Below the pieces are notes generated by a model. That model saw only the letters and a list, made by a program, of their open reading frames with translations, ran no database searches and was not told the origin of the DNA. From the NCBI GenBank assembly GCA_964270895.1, contig OZ185439.1: a DNA stretch of 64,000 nucleotides, one strand, 5' to 3'. The translations under genes were made by a program, and so were the position numbers. Origin of the DNA: Podarcis filfolensis. Its lineage: Eukaryota. Shown one piece after another: positions 38,606-52,225 of the stretch (positions are counted from its first letter, which is position 1; every line of letters starts with the position of its first letter).

Positions 38606-38698
38606 TTACACATATGAACATTAGGCAGGCTTGGCTTTCCAGCCAGATTCCCCGCAGTAGCCTGACTGTGCCTCTCTTTTTGTCACTGTTCCTTGCAG

Positions 38699-41034
38699 AG
38701 CTTCATCGCAGTGAGAGTATGCAGGAAAAGAATGTGAAAGAAGCCAAAACCAAATGCCGAACCATTGCATCCCTGCTGACAGATGCGCCCAACCCCCATT
38801 CCAAGGGTGTCCTGATGTTCAAAAAGCGCCGCCAGAGGGCAAAGAAGTACACCTTGGTCAGCTTTGGAAGTGTTGATGAAGACCGCTGCTATGACGAAGA
38901 GGACGGCGTCTTCCCAACCAGCGAATCCGAGTTTGACGAGGAAGGCTTCTCTGATGCCCGGAGCCTAACAAACCACTCAGACTGGGACAATACTTACCTT
39001 GACATTGAGAAGCCCAAGGGGCCTCCTGCCCACGAGCAGGATCAGGCTCAACAAGGCCTCAGTGGAGTATCAGGCAGGGGGGCGCAGTTGTTTGAGCAGC
39101 AAAGGCAGAAGGCTGGTGAACATACTGTGGAGAGAGTCCCTACTCATGAGCCAGAAGAACAGCCCCCACCTCCACCTGTCCTTCAAGTGCATAACGTGTT
39201 ACACAATGAAGCCCCCACTCCACAGAAGGCAGAAAGGGCCCCTCTGAGTGTCCAATTAGAAGCTGTACAGGTCTCTAGCCAGCTGCCATCACCAAGTCCT
39301 GCTCAACTCCAGTCTCCATCAGGCATCTTCGGAGGAGGAGGTGTGGGCTCCCCGAACTCGCCAAGTGCCACCAGCATCTTCAACAGATCCGCCCGACCTT
39401 TCACTCCAGGTTTTCCCGGGCAACGTCCTATGACTTCCTCTGTCGTGTTCAGACCATCTGCGCCAAGGAAAAGCAGTGAGAGTTTTGGTGGACAGAGAAC
39501 AGCGGCGCCTCCTTTCTCCCCTGTCACTCCAGGGACCACTCAGCTTCCTGCCGCTCCCATGGCAGTGCAGCCTAGTGGCCCAGCAAGTGCCTCTGTGTCT
39601 CTGTATATCCCAACCCCTCCATCGTTGGTGCAACTCTCAGGGCCTGGAAATTCTGCGGAGGCCAAGCCACCTTCCAACACACCCCGAACCTCCACAGCTT
39701 CCATATACCTATCAGCACCTTCTAAGCCAGCTGCAGAGGCTGTCGCTGCTACGCCCCCGCCATTGCTGCCTTCCCAAGGCCAAGAGACGGCTTCTTCGAC
39801 TTTGTACATCAGCCCCGTCCAACAGCAGCCCCTCTCCCAGCCCTTCACTGCTGTAGCGCCGGCCATCTCACGGCCTGCTTCTGAGCCCTTTGCCTCCAGG
39901 GAACAGAGAGTTGCAGTTCCGGCTCCCAGAACAGGTATCTTGCAGGAAGCTCGCCGGCGGAGCAGCAAGAAGCCCATGTTCAAGACTGCGGAGGAGAAGA
40001 AGAAGAATTCCCCCAACCCCGAGTTGCTGTCTCTAGTGCAGAACCTGGACGAAAAGCCCAAAGGAGACCACCACGGAGCAGGCTTTGAGTCTGGGCCCGA
40101 GGAGGACTTTCTCAGCCTGGGGGCCGAAGCCTGCAACTTCATGCAAGCCTCAGGCCGGAAATTCAAGACCCCACCCCCAGTAGCTCCTAAGCCCCAGCAG
40201 TCAAAGGCCTCTGGTGGACTGGTGAATGGCTCCTCCTCTGCCAACGACATAGCCCATTTGAAGGGGAAAGGGGCAGAGCTCTTTGCCAAGCGACAGAGCC
40301 GCATGGACAAGTTTGTCGTGGAGTCTGCTCTCACACCGGCCCCAAAGGCCAGAACCCCATCCCCGACCCCTTCCCTGCCTTCCTCCTGGAAGTACTCCCC
40401 CAACATCCGCGCCCCACCCCCCATCGGTTACAACCCACTTCTCTCTCCATTTTATCCCCTGGCAGCCAGCAGGTCGCAGGCTAGCAAGGCAGAGAGCAAA
40501 GTGAAAAAGGGGCCCAGCCAGAAATCGGGGATCAAGGCCATCGACTTCATGCGGCACCAGCCATACCAGCTGAAGTCTGCCATGTTCTGCTTCGGGGATG
40601 TGGCAGGCTCTGACGTCCAGGCCTCCTCCGCAAGCCAGGCAGCCCAGCAGTCCAGCCTGTCTTTCACCCCGGCCAAGCAAGTGCCCGTGAAAACAGCCCG
40701 GACCTATGAGATCCGCCGCTTCTCCACACCTGCTCCAGCGCCGGCTTCCAGCAGCCTGGCCCCTACAGTGCTGGCCCCCCGCTCTGCCACCACCTTGGAT
40801 GAGCCTGTGTGGAGGACAGAAATGACCTCCATCTCTGCACCGGCTTCCCCAGGGCCCTTCCAGGTGGCTCCCCCACAGTATCTAAGCTCCCCTGACCTCA
40901 GCCAGCCAGGCAGGGGGCCTTCCCCAAGCCGACCCTCCTCATCCTCCAGTTTCCAGGTAGCGAGACCCAGGTTCTCAGCTGCGCAAACTGGGATGCAGGC
41001 ACACATCTGGAGACCAGGTTCTGGTCACCAGTGA
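38699..41034 (+). CDS. SYNPO2L: SYNPO2L terminal coding exon 4
   Basis: Acceptor ccttgcAG; (K)LHRSESMQEKNVKEAKTKCRTIASLLTDAPNPHSKGVLMFKKRRQRAKKY (basic NLS-like), LLSLVQNLDEK, WKYSPNIRAPPPIGYNP; TGA ends at 41034; joined CDS is in frame. Confidence 0.97.
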
Positions 41035-44000
41035 AAGAGAAATAATGCTTCCCCATCCCCATCAGTGGGCTTCTTCACACATTGTGGTTTTTTAGGTGTA
41101 CACCTAAGGGTTGGGGGGGGCGTACATCTTCAAATTTAAAGTGTAAATGCAGCAGTTTATCCTAAAAGTGCACCCACCAGAGAGCTACGATTGGCTGCAG
41201 CTCACTGCTGAGTTCCCACTTTGTGGCAAACCCAGGTTTGCTGCCGTGTAGTAATGTGTTGAGATGGCCCACACGTGCAAGGCAGGTGTTTGGACAGAAT
41301 CGTTACCTTTATCTCCTCCCCTCCCTTTTCTGTTTAAGTTGAGTTCCTGTAAATTAGGACAATGAAGCCAAATGGGAGGCAAGCAGCCTCCTTTTCCGAA
41401 TCACTGAACTATCCACTTTTTGGACTTGCGACGTTTCCAAGGGATTTAACTGTGCGTGGCCGGAGCAAGAGAAAAGTAGCAACGATAGAAGGGTTTGCCA
41501 TTCACGTAGCAGCAAGATTCATAACCGCCCTAGGAAAAGCAGTGCTGTGCAGCTGTAAGCAAGTGCATTTTTATCTCTGAGAACAGCTCCTCGCCTCACC
41601 ATCCGGAAGCCCCGTGTAGTGTGAACGTGGTGGTAAGGTGGAAGAGAAGCAGTCGCAGAGGCATGGATGGACCCTCCTAATTGTCTCTCAACATCTGCCT
41701 GCTAAAGCCCACAAATTCAAAGTTTTCATCACTCTCTTCCAAACAGGATTGTCTCGGAAGCCTTTTGTGAGTTCCTTGGGGAGGCAGCCAGTGATGTATT
41801 ACAAGTTTCCGCTCATGCTAGGTGTAAGATACCTAGTCTTTGCCCTGCCTTAACTGAGAGCAATGCTGTAGCACAGCCAAAGTTTTCCAAGGAAATGCAA
41901 ATTGCTGTTAATATTTCTTAAATTTGTATACGGCCATTCATCTGAAGATCCCAGGGTGGCTCACAACAGAAAATCACTTTCTCTTTTGCATTTACAGGAA
42001 AGGCTTGGCAGGCATTTCCTCAGTATCCCTGTGTTATGTCTCTGTCTCCACATTAGCATTACGAAGCAAATATGGCGACTGCCAGGCATGGCATTTGCCT
42101 TGTAACATGCCGTTCTCTCTTGAAATGCCCCAAGACTATGCCCCAGAATCAGCTGCTTCTTCAACAGATAAGTCAGATAGAAAGTTTGAAAGCAACTGGT
42201 TGACACAGATGTGTGTGCCATTTGCTACGTAATTAAATGAGACAGGAGACACAAATTCCTCAAAGTTTCCTGGTCCTCCTCTGAACAGCTGAACGAGAGG
42301 CTGTGCAGGACTGCAAGGGCTGAAAAGCAGCATGAGATGAGAATTCGAGGTGGAAGAGGCACAAAGGCAGCAAGGCAGTCAAATGACTACTTCTTTATGG
42401 CAGTAGTGGGGTGAAGGTGTGTGAAAATGCAGGGAAGATCTTCTCTCCATCTCTCTCTGCTTAGTAGCCAATTTGCGTTGGTCAGAAACCAGACAGTGTT
42501 GTGTGTCGAAGCACCAGAGAAGGAGAACCCTTTCAGAAAAATGAAAGGAAGACCAAGTGTGGAATTTTGGAGTGCAAGGTTTGACATTAATCTCTTGCTA
42601 GAATAGGACACTGTAAGTGGGAGGGAGGAATATGTGAGCAAGTGTGGGAGTGGTTTTCAGAGTCCACAGGACAGAGTTTTAAGGCGTTCCTGTATCTCAG
42701 ATGCTTGGTCCAATGTCTGACAAGCTAGCAACTGGAAATTCAAGTCCAGGGCCAGTTTTTGTAGACTCTCCCAGGTCAATGAAAGCTAGCAGGGGGGAAA
42801 GGGATGGCTAGGAGTTGTATATCTACCAGTACTCAAAGCCAGGAAGGGATAGAACAGGCAGCTTGCTGGAAGAACTGCCCTGGATATGCTTGGGGTGTCT
42901 TTTGCATCCTCAGAAGCAGGTGGTGGCCATACTAAAACCAAGAAAGTGGCGGGGGGGGGGAGAGGAGAGAAGGCGTTAATCAATGTAATACCTTTAATTT
43001 CTGTCAGCATAACTTGAAGCTTCTGAGTTCGGCCTCTTTACCCATTTGCATGAGAAAATAACTATGTAAGGTATGAAGCAAACCCAGCCCCTGTCCCCCA
43101 AATATTTAATATGATGGTAGGGAGATCCGTTTTAACAAAATGCTGTACAGTGTATATCTGATTCCCACACAAACTTGACCTTGCTTGGCTTATCTTGGCC
43201 ACTGTCCAGGCCAGTTCACAATGTATTATTTGTATGGAGGCCCAGGTAAAACACCAAAGTATAAGGGATAGGCCACTGTTTACCCGCAGAAACAGGGGCC
43301 TAATTAATTGTTTGTACTCTTGGGGCATTCAGTCTCTACTCAGAGAGAAGTGAGGGCAGGGTTTTTTCCCCAGCTCATTGAAACTCCATTCTGGCACCTC
43401 TCAGGTGGGTGCCATGCTCATTATAAGAGAGCAAGGGAGGTGAGTTCCAGCACCTCTTTTTCTAGAAAAACAGCACTGAGCGAGGGTGGCAACGACCTTC
43501 TGTGGTGCATCATTGCTGCACAGTTTAGAGCCATTCGTGAGTTTGGGGGTGAAGTTCTGAAGTGGGGAGACTCCCCATGTGATTTAGAGCCCTATGCGTT
43601 TGCACATGAGGAGACTGAGCAGCTGAATAAGGCTTGTAGCATGGAGAAAAGCATATGTTTTGGCCAGTTACCATGAGGCTCAAAAAGCAGCTGAGATGCC
43701 AATTCCTTACTCCCTGCTGGTTGGAGAAGATACACACACAAAAATACATATATACTGTATATATGAGAATGCTCCTGATCCTGGGAGTCAGGTGATCCCA
43801 AAGAGCCAATCCCCTGTCACTGCCTGTTATTGTAACAGTTTGTTGCACTCTTGTCTTATTGTAGATGGAGTCTAGATATTGTTGAACTACAAACTCCCAC
43901 CATTCCCAGCCACCTTAGCCAGCTGTAAGAGATGATGGGTGTAGGAGGCCAACAACATCTTGAGACGCAATGTTGAAGAACACAGGCCTGATCTCAGCTG

Positions 44001-45270
44001 TCTGTTGCAGGAAGTTATCCTTTCAGCAGGCGATGGTGTTTGAGGTAGGGCTCCAAGTGCAAGAGGGTGGATAGGTTCAAGGAAGAGTAGATATGAAATA
44101 CTGGTTAACATTGTCTGAAGAATACTAAGTCTGAAGACTGCAAACCTGTCATTCAAGAGGGAGACAGATGGAGCACAAGGGTGGCTTGTAATGTGCGGTT
44201 TCCACATCCAGATATGTACTTAGGCCCAAGGTCAAATAAGTTTGGGAGGCCTCAGCTGCTGACCTTATGCAGCCAAGTTTGAGTGTTGAGACCTAGCAAA
44301 ATCTGGCCTAGGGAGGTAGGGTTGATCACTGGGACATACTTCTCGAAGTTGCTGTGCCGTGAAATGCAGGTTGCCAGTTTCCGACTCTTTTGAGCCTCCT
44401 GTGTGTTTTACAGCTGTTTGACTGTCTGCGAGAAGCACTGTAGTGATGGTAGCAGAACGTCCCTGGCCTGGCATGGCTTGCTCTGTAGCAAGCGAAGGTG
44501 AAAAAGCTCTCTTGGTGCCCTTTCACTAAGAGCCTTCCTGGAAAGGCTTAGTACAGGCAGGAAGTACGGATCAGGGTAGTGATAGGCTTACCTTTGAAAA
44601 CGGGTGCTGGGCACCATGAGAATGTAGAAGATAGGCTCTTCCCATTCCTTCTTCCTGACACAGGTTTTCATAGTTTAAGAAGAGGTGTGAAATGGTGGAG
44701 GGAGGCAGCCTCTTTGCAAGAAGTCTGAGAAGAGAGCGCACTAGAGGAAGGGATCCAGTGACTCTGTTCTGCATGACAGCCCCTGTTGTGCCAGTCTGTG
44801 CTCTAGAAAGGTTCCAAGTCCAATCTTACACCTTAGGAAGTGAAACCAGGAGCTAGAATTCAGAACAGCTTAGGAAGCAATACCAGGAGCTAGAATACAG
44901 AACAAGAGTTGGGAGCAAGGAATTTGGAGGAGCTCTTGATGAGGCTTCTGTCATTTTCACGGTCACACACAACCCAGCTGGAAACCACATCAGTGAAATT
45001 TTCACATTACCCTTTGTCAGATACCTTGTCATTGTTTGCTATTTAGACCGGCAGCTCTCTTGCTTCTCCGGGAGGGTGTTCAAATTTCACATCCAATAAA
45101 CGAACCTGCCAGCAGCATCCTGAAATACACAGGGCTGTACATCTCAAGCAGTAAGAAAACTTTGTTCTGTTCTTTTGGAAATATTTTTATTTCATTTTAT
45201 TTTTGAAGTTAAAAGTCACTTTACAACTGCTTGTGCTGAGGAATAAATTTCTGATACGCACTTTAACCGT
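41035..45270 (+). other. SYNPO2L: Putative long 3' UTR of SYNPO2L
   Basis: Nearly free of recognisable repeats. First canonical AATAAA I found is at 45095-45100, a second at 45242-45247 followed by a T-rich tract; a variant ATTAAA lies at 42232. Confidence 0.45.
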
Positions 45271-46258
45271 TGCCTTCATTTGCCTCTTTCATTTTCAGTT
45301 GCTTTCACAGTGTGATCCCAAAACATCTTCACACTTGAACCAATGCTGTTACATTCAGTCAAAGTGACTCTGCATTGCGCTAAGCTGCCGGTCTCAGATA
45401 ATGAGAGAAGGTGGCATTTAAGTAGCATTGATGCTGCTCATGTAAGAAGCTACTTTATCAGGCATAGGGAACCGCTGGTCAGGGATGATGAGCATTTTAG
45501 TCCACCAATGACTGGACAGCCACAGTTTTAGTATATCCGTGTGATGCAAAATCTTCAAAGCAAGTGAATGAAACATGGTGTATCCTGAGATGGGGAGGGA
45601 ACTCTAATGACAACCGCTCACCTGTTGGATTCTGAGAAATGTATTGCTCCCCCTCCTCACACACATAATGTACACATCTTGACTGCCTTATATTTCCCAC
45701 ACTCCTGCAATCCAGCCCTTTCTCCTGGTACATATCCTGTTAGTGGCAAACAGATTCAGGGGAAAACAAATACACAGAAAACGCTGGAGAATCAGAACCA
45801 AACCTGAAACTCCCTAACAGCCAAGAAAAAATCAGGATTCCATACTCCACATCCTTGCTCTCATCTGTGAAAGTTGTGGGATTCTCCAGCACCATTTGCC
45901 CCTCCCCCCTTGAAAAAGTGGCTCTCTGTTCCCCTCAACCCATTAAGACGCTTCTATCTTCTTCCCTCACAATCAGAGGAAATGATGGATGCCTCTCAAA
46001 TCCCCAAATCTCCCCCTGGAGAGTTCTCAGTGGTCTTTGCCCTTTTGAGGCTGTCCTTTGCAGTTTCAGCGTGAGTTTTAAGGCAGGGAATGAGGAAAAG
46101 CTCTTACAGTCACCTCCATTGTGCTCCTAAACAAGGTCCCTTCTGCAAGTTGTTTACAATATAGCAGGTTTTAAAAAACCAGTGCAAATATGTACCTTTT
46201 CTGCTATCATGTATTAGGTCCACTGTGCATCTTGCAAATGTCTTCACTGAAAGGTCAA

Positions 46259-46400
46259 ATCCACACTATACATGGCTTTCCCCAAAGAATCCTGGGAATT
46301 GTAGTTTACCCCCAAAGCTATAATTCCCAGCACCCTCAACAAACTGCAGTCCCAATGATTCTTTGGGAGAAATCATGTGCTTTGAATGTATGGTGTGGAT
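46259..46400. mobile_element. Short TIR element (catggcttcccccaaagaatcctggga family)
   Basis: Imperfect terminal inverted repeats; related pieces at about 9075-9235, 16700-16800, 43885-43960, 47010-47170 and 62386-62680. Confidence 0.6.
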
Positions 46401-47173
46401 ATGAGCAGATTCTAATTCCTTCCTCCTTTACAAAGAGGATATAAGGCAGGCACACATGGCCACTAGATGGTGGTCTTGTGCTTCCATAGCCTAGCAGGAT
46501 TCTGCATTCACCTGCTGTAGTGATAAGTTGGGAGGATTTAAAATCTTATGGCAGACTTACAAATCCTCTCCACTTAATCTTTTGCCCTTTGGACTTCACA
46601 GAGAATCACATCTGGCAATTACTCTGTGCCACATATTTGCAGGGTTGCAAACCGATCGCACATTCTTGGCTCTGCAAACGGATGGCTTCCAAAAAAATCT
46701 ATTTCACTCCACCTGCGCTGTTAGGATCACAGGCCGCGTCACAATTCTTCCACTTTGCCCAGCAGGCAGCTGTGGTCTAATGATGCTAACCTTTTGTTGC
46801 TTGTGCAGGTTACAACTAGTAAGGGCTTGCTGTTTGCTGCTGCCTTAGGCTCTCTGCAAGGGTGAGATGCGTCACACACCACTGAACTACAAGAAAAACA
46901 AAGGTCTGCGGAAAACAGAAATATAACAACTCAGCATGGAAGCAGCATGTATGAGGTCTCTTTCAGAGGTATGATTTTGCATTTAGTGGTAGGAAAATAT
47001 GGTCACATCATCAACACCATATATTTAAAGCACATGGCTTCCCTAAAAGAATCCTGGGAACTAGTTTGATCCCCACAGAGCCACAAATTCCTGCACCCTT
47101 CACAGACTTCAGTACAGGATTATTTGGGGGGAAGTCATATGCTTTACATGTGTGTTGTGCATGTGGCCACATA

Positions 47174-47431
47174 CCGTATTTTTTGCTCTATAAGACTCAC
47201 TTTTTCCCTCCTAAAAAGTAAGGGGAAATGTGTGTGCGTCTTATGGAGCGAATGCAGGCTGCGCAGCTATCCCAGAAGCCAGAACAGCAAGAGGGATTGC
47301 TGCTTTCACTGCGCAGCGATCCCTCTTGCTGTTCTGGCTTCTGAGATTCAGAATATTTTTTTCTTGTTTTCCTCCTCCAAAAACTAGGTGTGTCTTGTGG
47401 TCTGGTGCGTCTTATAGAGCGAAAAATACGG
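47174..47431. mobile_element. Tc2/pogo-like MITE with internal hairpin
   Basis: TIRs CCGTATTTTTTGCTCTATAAGAC / GTCTTATAGAGCGAAAAATACGG with TA flanks. Confidence 0.85.
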
Positions 47432-47614
47432 TAGCTGGGTTTGTAAAAGCCTAGAGGTCATTGCATTCCCTACGTCAGATGCAACAAAATCATCAGTGGT
47501 TTAAAACCAAATACACAGAATAGAAATACAGCAGAGCATAATTTTCTAAACCAGTTCATCCAACAACAGAACGAAAGGGTGAATCTAACCCTAGCCCACA
47601 ATATTCAATCTATA

Positions 47615-47955
47615 ATAAGAATTTATTATTTATACCCCGCCCATCTGGCTGGGTTTCCCCAGCCACTCTGGGCGGTTTTCAACAAAACACTAAAATACAA
47701 TAACCTATTAAACATTAAAAGCTTCCCTAAACAGGGCTGCCTTCAGATGTCTTCTAAAAGTTTGGTAGTTATTTTTCTCTTTGACATCTGATGGGAGGGT
47801 GTTCCACAGGGCGGGGGCCACTACCGAGAAGGCCCTCTGCCTGGTTCCCTGTAACTTGGCTTCTCACAGTGAGGGAACCACCAGAAGGCCCTCGGTGCTG
47901 GACCTCAGTGTCCGGGCAGAACGATGGAAGTGGAGACACTCCTTCAGGTATACTG
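47615..47955 (-). mobile_element. L2 3' fragment
   Basis: Closely similar to the 52293-52620 antisense L2 end. Confidence 0.85.
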
Positions 47956-48021
47956 AAACAAAGAAGATGAACAGAAAGAAAAAAAGGGGGGTGTCAATTA
48001 CTTAGGTTAAAATATGAATAA

Positions 48022-48217
48022 AGGTAAAGGACCCCTGGACGGTTAAGTCCAGTCAAAGGCGACTGGGCTTGCGGTGCTCATCTCCCTTTCGGGCCGAGGG
48101 AGCTGGCATTTGTCCACAGACAGCTTTCTGGGTCATGTGGCCAGGATGACTAAACCGCTTCTGGTGCACGGAACACCGTGACGAAAGCCAGAGCGCACGG
48201 AAACGCCACTTACCTTT
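48022..48217 (-). mobile_element. 5'-truncated Sauria SINE
   Basis: Antisense tail AAAGGTAAAGG; TSD AATATGAATAA (48011 / 48221). Confidence 0.85.
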
Positions 48218-48716
48218 TAGAATATGAATAATATGAGAAAACAAGTGTAATCACAAAGAGGAAGAGGAGGGTTTGTTGTGTGCTTTTGAAGCAAAGCACA
48301 TGAACCAAAGCTCCGCATTCTGTTTTAAAGACAAAAATCAAAAGTACTTCTCATAAGTACTTCATAAGAGAGCACCTTCCAAAAATGGGACGAAAGGGAA
48401 CCAACACTCCAAGCAGAGAACCAGCTCCAGAAAAGAGAGCATCTGCCTTACTTCGGCTCAGTGCAGTGACCACTCTAAAGTCATCTTGCCCTTCTCACAA
48501 TGTTCCAGTTTCTGCTTAAACAAACCACTTCGCTTTTCCATTGTGCTAAAGTTTAGCACCTGGCTGCAAACAGCAGAAGAGCTATTAGGACTCTGTTGTG
48601 AAATTTAAGGACTTGTTGAGGCAGCTTACAATGATTGGATTGGGATAAATGACATACACTACAAAGCACACATTTAAACTAGAAGCATTCGGTATTCAGG
48701 CAATTCTACTACAGGG

Positions 48717-49068
48717 ATGCGGGTGGCGCTGTGGTCTAAACCACAGAGCCTAGGGCTTGCTGATCAGAAGGTTGGCGGTTCGAATCCCCGCGACGGGGTG
48801 AGCTCCCGTTGCTTGGTCCCTGCTCCTGCCAACCTAGCAGTTCGAAAACACGTCAAAGTGCAAGTAGATAAATAGGTACCACTCCAGCGGAAAGGTAAAC
48901 GGTGTTTCCGTGTGCTGCTTTGGTTCGCCAGAAGCGGCTTAGTCATGCTGGCCACATGACCCGGAAGCTGTACACCGGCTCCCTTGGCCAATAAAGCGAG
49001 ATAAGCGCCGCAACCCCAGAGTCGTCAGCGACTGGACCTAACGGTCAGGGGTCCCTTTACCTTTACCT
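48717..49068 (+). mobile_element. Sauria SINE, full length
   Basis: B-box 48777-48787; TSD TACTACAGGG (48707 / 49069). Confidence 0.92.
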
Positions 49069-50019
49069 TACTACAGGGTAACAAAGGCCTACTAAGTGAC
49101 CTCAAGCCTCCTTTCAGCTTAATCTACCTCACAGGGTTGTTGTGAATGAAATGTGGAGTGGGGATCATATACAGTACATTGGGCCCCTTGGAGGAAAGCC
49201 TGAATATAAAGATAGCAAATGAAATAAAGTTCACCTTGTAGTCACATTTCTTCTGGCTGTGTTCATAGCTTTGACAGCAAGAAGACCCAAACACCTGACC
49301 AGATCCCTGAAGAAAATTGTGTTAATTTGCATGCCAATACGCTGCTTACTTGAGTTTGTTGGCTGCTGTGATAGAATCTCCTTTTTAAACACGTTGAGCC
49401 TGTAGCCTTACGAGCTGACCACATGACAACTGGCAACAGCAATGAAATGGACAAGATGCACCAGCAACCGCAGCTTGCTATCCGTGACCTTAATTCAATC
49501 TTGCAAGAATGTAAGATGACACAAATGTCTAGGGCTGGGAGTGTCGATAGCTATATGTGTGTACACACGAGGAAGAGCCAATAATTTTGCCTGCTATACC
49601 TTTCAGTAGAGCTGCACATGCCACTGGCTTTGAATATTTAGGGAAGTTCTGTCTTCTGAAGCTCTCTCTCGACACACACAACTCTAAGTGCTGTGGACTT
49701 ACAAGAGGAGTGACACACACTGCCAACAACGTGTGTTCCTTTGACTTTTGTATATATAGACAAGGAGGGTCAAAATAGCTTCTGCAGGACTGGAGAGTAC
49801 ATAGATTTGTATGCAGAGCAACAGAGTTGCCATATCAGCTTTCATAATGAGGGGCACCGCAAGCCAAACTCAGAAAACGATGTTAGGGACCTGAATGTGA
49901 CACTTCTGCAATGTGTGGTGATACAAACCAGGACAGGCTCCCACAGAGAAACTGGGGTGAGAAACATGAGTCTCATGCTCTCCACTGCATTCTATCAAAT
50001 TAGAACTTGGTAGGAATGA

Positions 50020-50373
50020 CACGGGTGGTGCTGTGGTCTAAACCACAGAGCCTAGGCCTTCTGATCAGAAGGTCGGTGGTTCGAATCCCCGCAACGGGGT
50101 GAGCTCCCATTGCTCGGTCCCTGCTCCTGCCAACCTAGCAGTTCAAAAGCATGTCAAGTGCAAGTAGATAAATAGGTACCGCTCCGGTGGGAAGGTAAAC
50201 GGCGTTTCCGTGCACTGCTCTGGTTCATCAGAAGCGGCTTAGTCATGCTGGCCACATGACCTGGAAGCTGTCTGCAGACAAATGCTGGCTCCCTCAGCCT
50301 ATAGAGTGAGATGAGCGCCACAACCCCAGAGTTGGCCGTGACTGGACCTAACGGTCAGGGGTACCTTTACCTT
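50020..50373 (+). mobile_element. Sauria SINE, full length
   Basis: B-box 50078-50088; TSD TAGGAATGAC (50011 / 50374). Confidence 0.92.
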
Positions 50374-52225
50374 TAGGAATGACAAGAGACCCTTTTGCCA
50401 AAACAGTGCCCCTCACTGCTCAGCAGGGATTTGCTTATCCTTGGACCCTCATTTCAGAGCACCAAAGAATCTCAGGTTTCCCCAATTCTTTCTTCGGCTT
50501 TGTCAGAGCATCCTTACAATGCTACCACTCTAAGGAAATGAAACAAAACATCAAACATCCTTTCTTTCTTACAGTCATGAGATTAAAAAAAATATATATA
50601 TTTAAATATAATAAACTGCATGTAACCTTTAATGTAGGTTTCATATAATGTGATAGTGAGAAGCATGGACAGGACGTGGTCCGTACATTTAAAATTATCC
50701 CACTGTCACTACTGGCCATGCAAAGCAAAGAACTAAGAGTCAGGATGAAGACTTTTCAGTCAAGCAGGCATAGTGGAAAGTACTTTCACTCAGGCATAGT
50801 CCCAGCCTGCCATGATCCTACAGCATGAGGACTCCACAGAAGCAGAGTCCACTGGGAATGACGGCTGGTCCATAGTCACCCTAGTGGATCAAGGTGAGAG
50901 AACCTTGAAGAGAGATCCCCACAGCTGGGAATCTTGGCTGCAGCAGGAGAGTCTGGCCCTTTAACTACAGGAGACAGAACTTAGTGGGTGGGGCTTCCAG
51001 TCAATAACTAGTATGTAGACCTGCTATAAAACTCAGCCAGTTGCTCTAGGCTCTTGCTACCACTTGGATGTGTTGCTTTAGCAGCTTTATCTATGATGCT
51101 GAACTCACAACTTGGGTCCTTTTGCCTGTACAGCCAGGAACTTCTGACCTCCGGTTTTGTGGACTATCACCCCTATTTGTGGTGGACATCCCTGCGGATC
51201 ACAATACAGCCAGACCTGGAACTTCATATAGTTCTTCAACATGGAGGAGAGGCCAATGGACTGCCTGGGTGGGTAAAGTTATCTTAAATATAGAGCCTAA
51301 AGGGACACCATAGCTCAGCAAGCCATTCAACCTGGAACCTCAACAGCATACCATCTGGGGGTGGGGTGTGGAATAACATAACTTTTCAATTTGTAGCCCT
51401 AACGACTCCTGGCACCCACATGGAGAGGCCCCCATGGGATAGCCCCTGTGTGAGAAGGGTGCTCTGGCCTGATAGCTGATTGCAAGAGACTGCGGCCCTG
51501 CTTGGGAAGGGTTTCTCTTTCAAAAAAGAAAGAGTGGTTGCTCTGCAAGATCAGGCACTGACGTGAAACGACTCATACGTTCTTGCACAAAGCTATGGGA
51601 ATGACGTTACTTGCAGGGGAGAATGCTGAATGTATGAACCAAGCCATGGAGAGCCTGCTTACAAGCAGCTGGTAAGACCCCAGCAGCACAGGATCCAAGC
51701 AAACTTTCAAAGAATTGAGATCCATCAATAGCCAGCCAAATCCCAAGTCTTGATGACTCCCAGAGCACTGTCCCACAACTGACAGTAGTTATGTGAAAGA
51801 GGAAAATTCAGCAGGTGTAGTTTGCACAACAAGCTGTCATTCCCTCTTCCGCACGATTATTAACAGCGCAAGAGCCCTGCTGTCTTTTGCAACTGACCAC
51901 AGTGGTTCAGAGTGTGAGTGCAGCATCCTCTTCTTCGGAAAGGCCTTTTCCTTTCAAATTCTATTTCTGATGGATTCAGGGACTCTGAGATTGTGTTAGG
52001 GGGTTTCAATAACTGAGGGGTCAGGGGCTGGGTCACAACAGTGCTGAGGGTAAGCATAAAAGCTCCTGGTGTCACATAACCCAAGCTGGAATTGCAGCAG
52101 TTACCAGTGCAGAATCTGACAGCACTTGGTGTTTGGGAAGAAACACCTTGAATATGACCACCTTACTTGACTGCATCTTGTGGTCAGCAGTTCCTCTACA
52201 CTGCACCCTACACTGCACCCAGTTC

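Noticed and set aside
38614-38698. In-frame ATG extension upstream of exon 4 (the 806-aa ORF)
   Set aside because: The extension runs through the polypyrimidine tract and abuts a CR1 remnant; the real entry is the AG at 38697-38698.
39540-40424. 294-aa antisense ORF, and other minus ORFs at 39303-41006 and 23089-23644
   Set aside because: Shadow ORFs of GC-rich, Pro/Ser/Ala-rich SYNPO2L exons; no recognisable domain.
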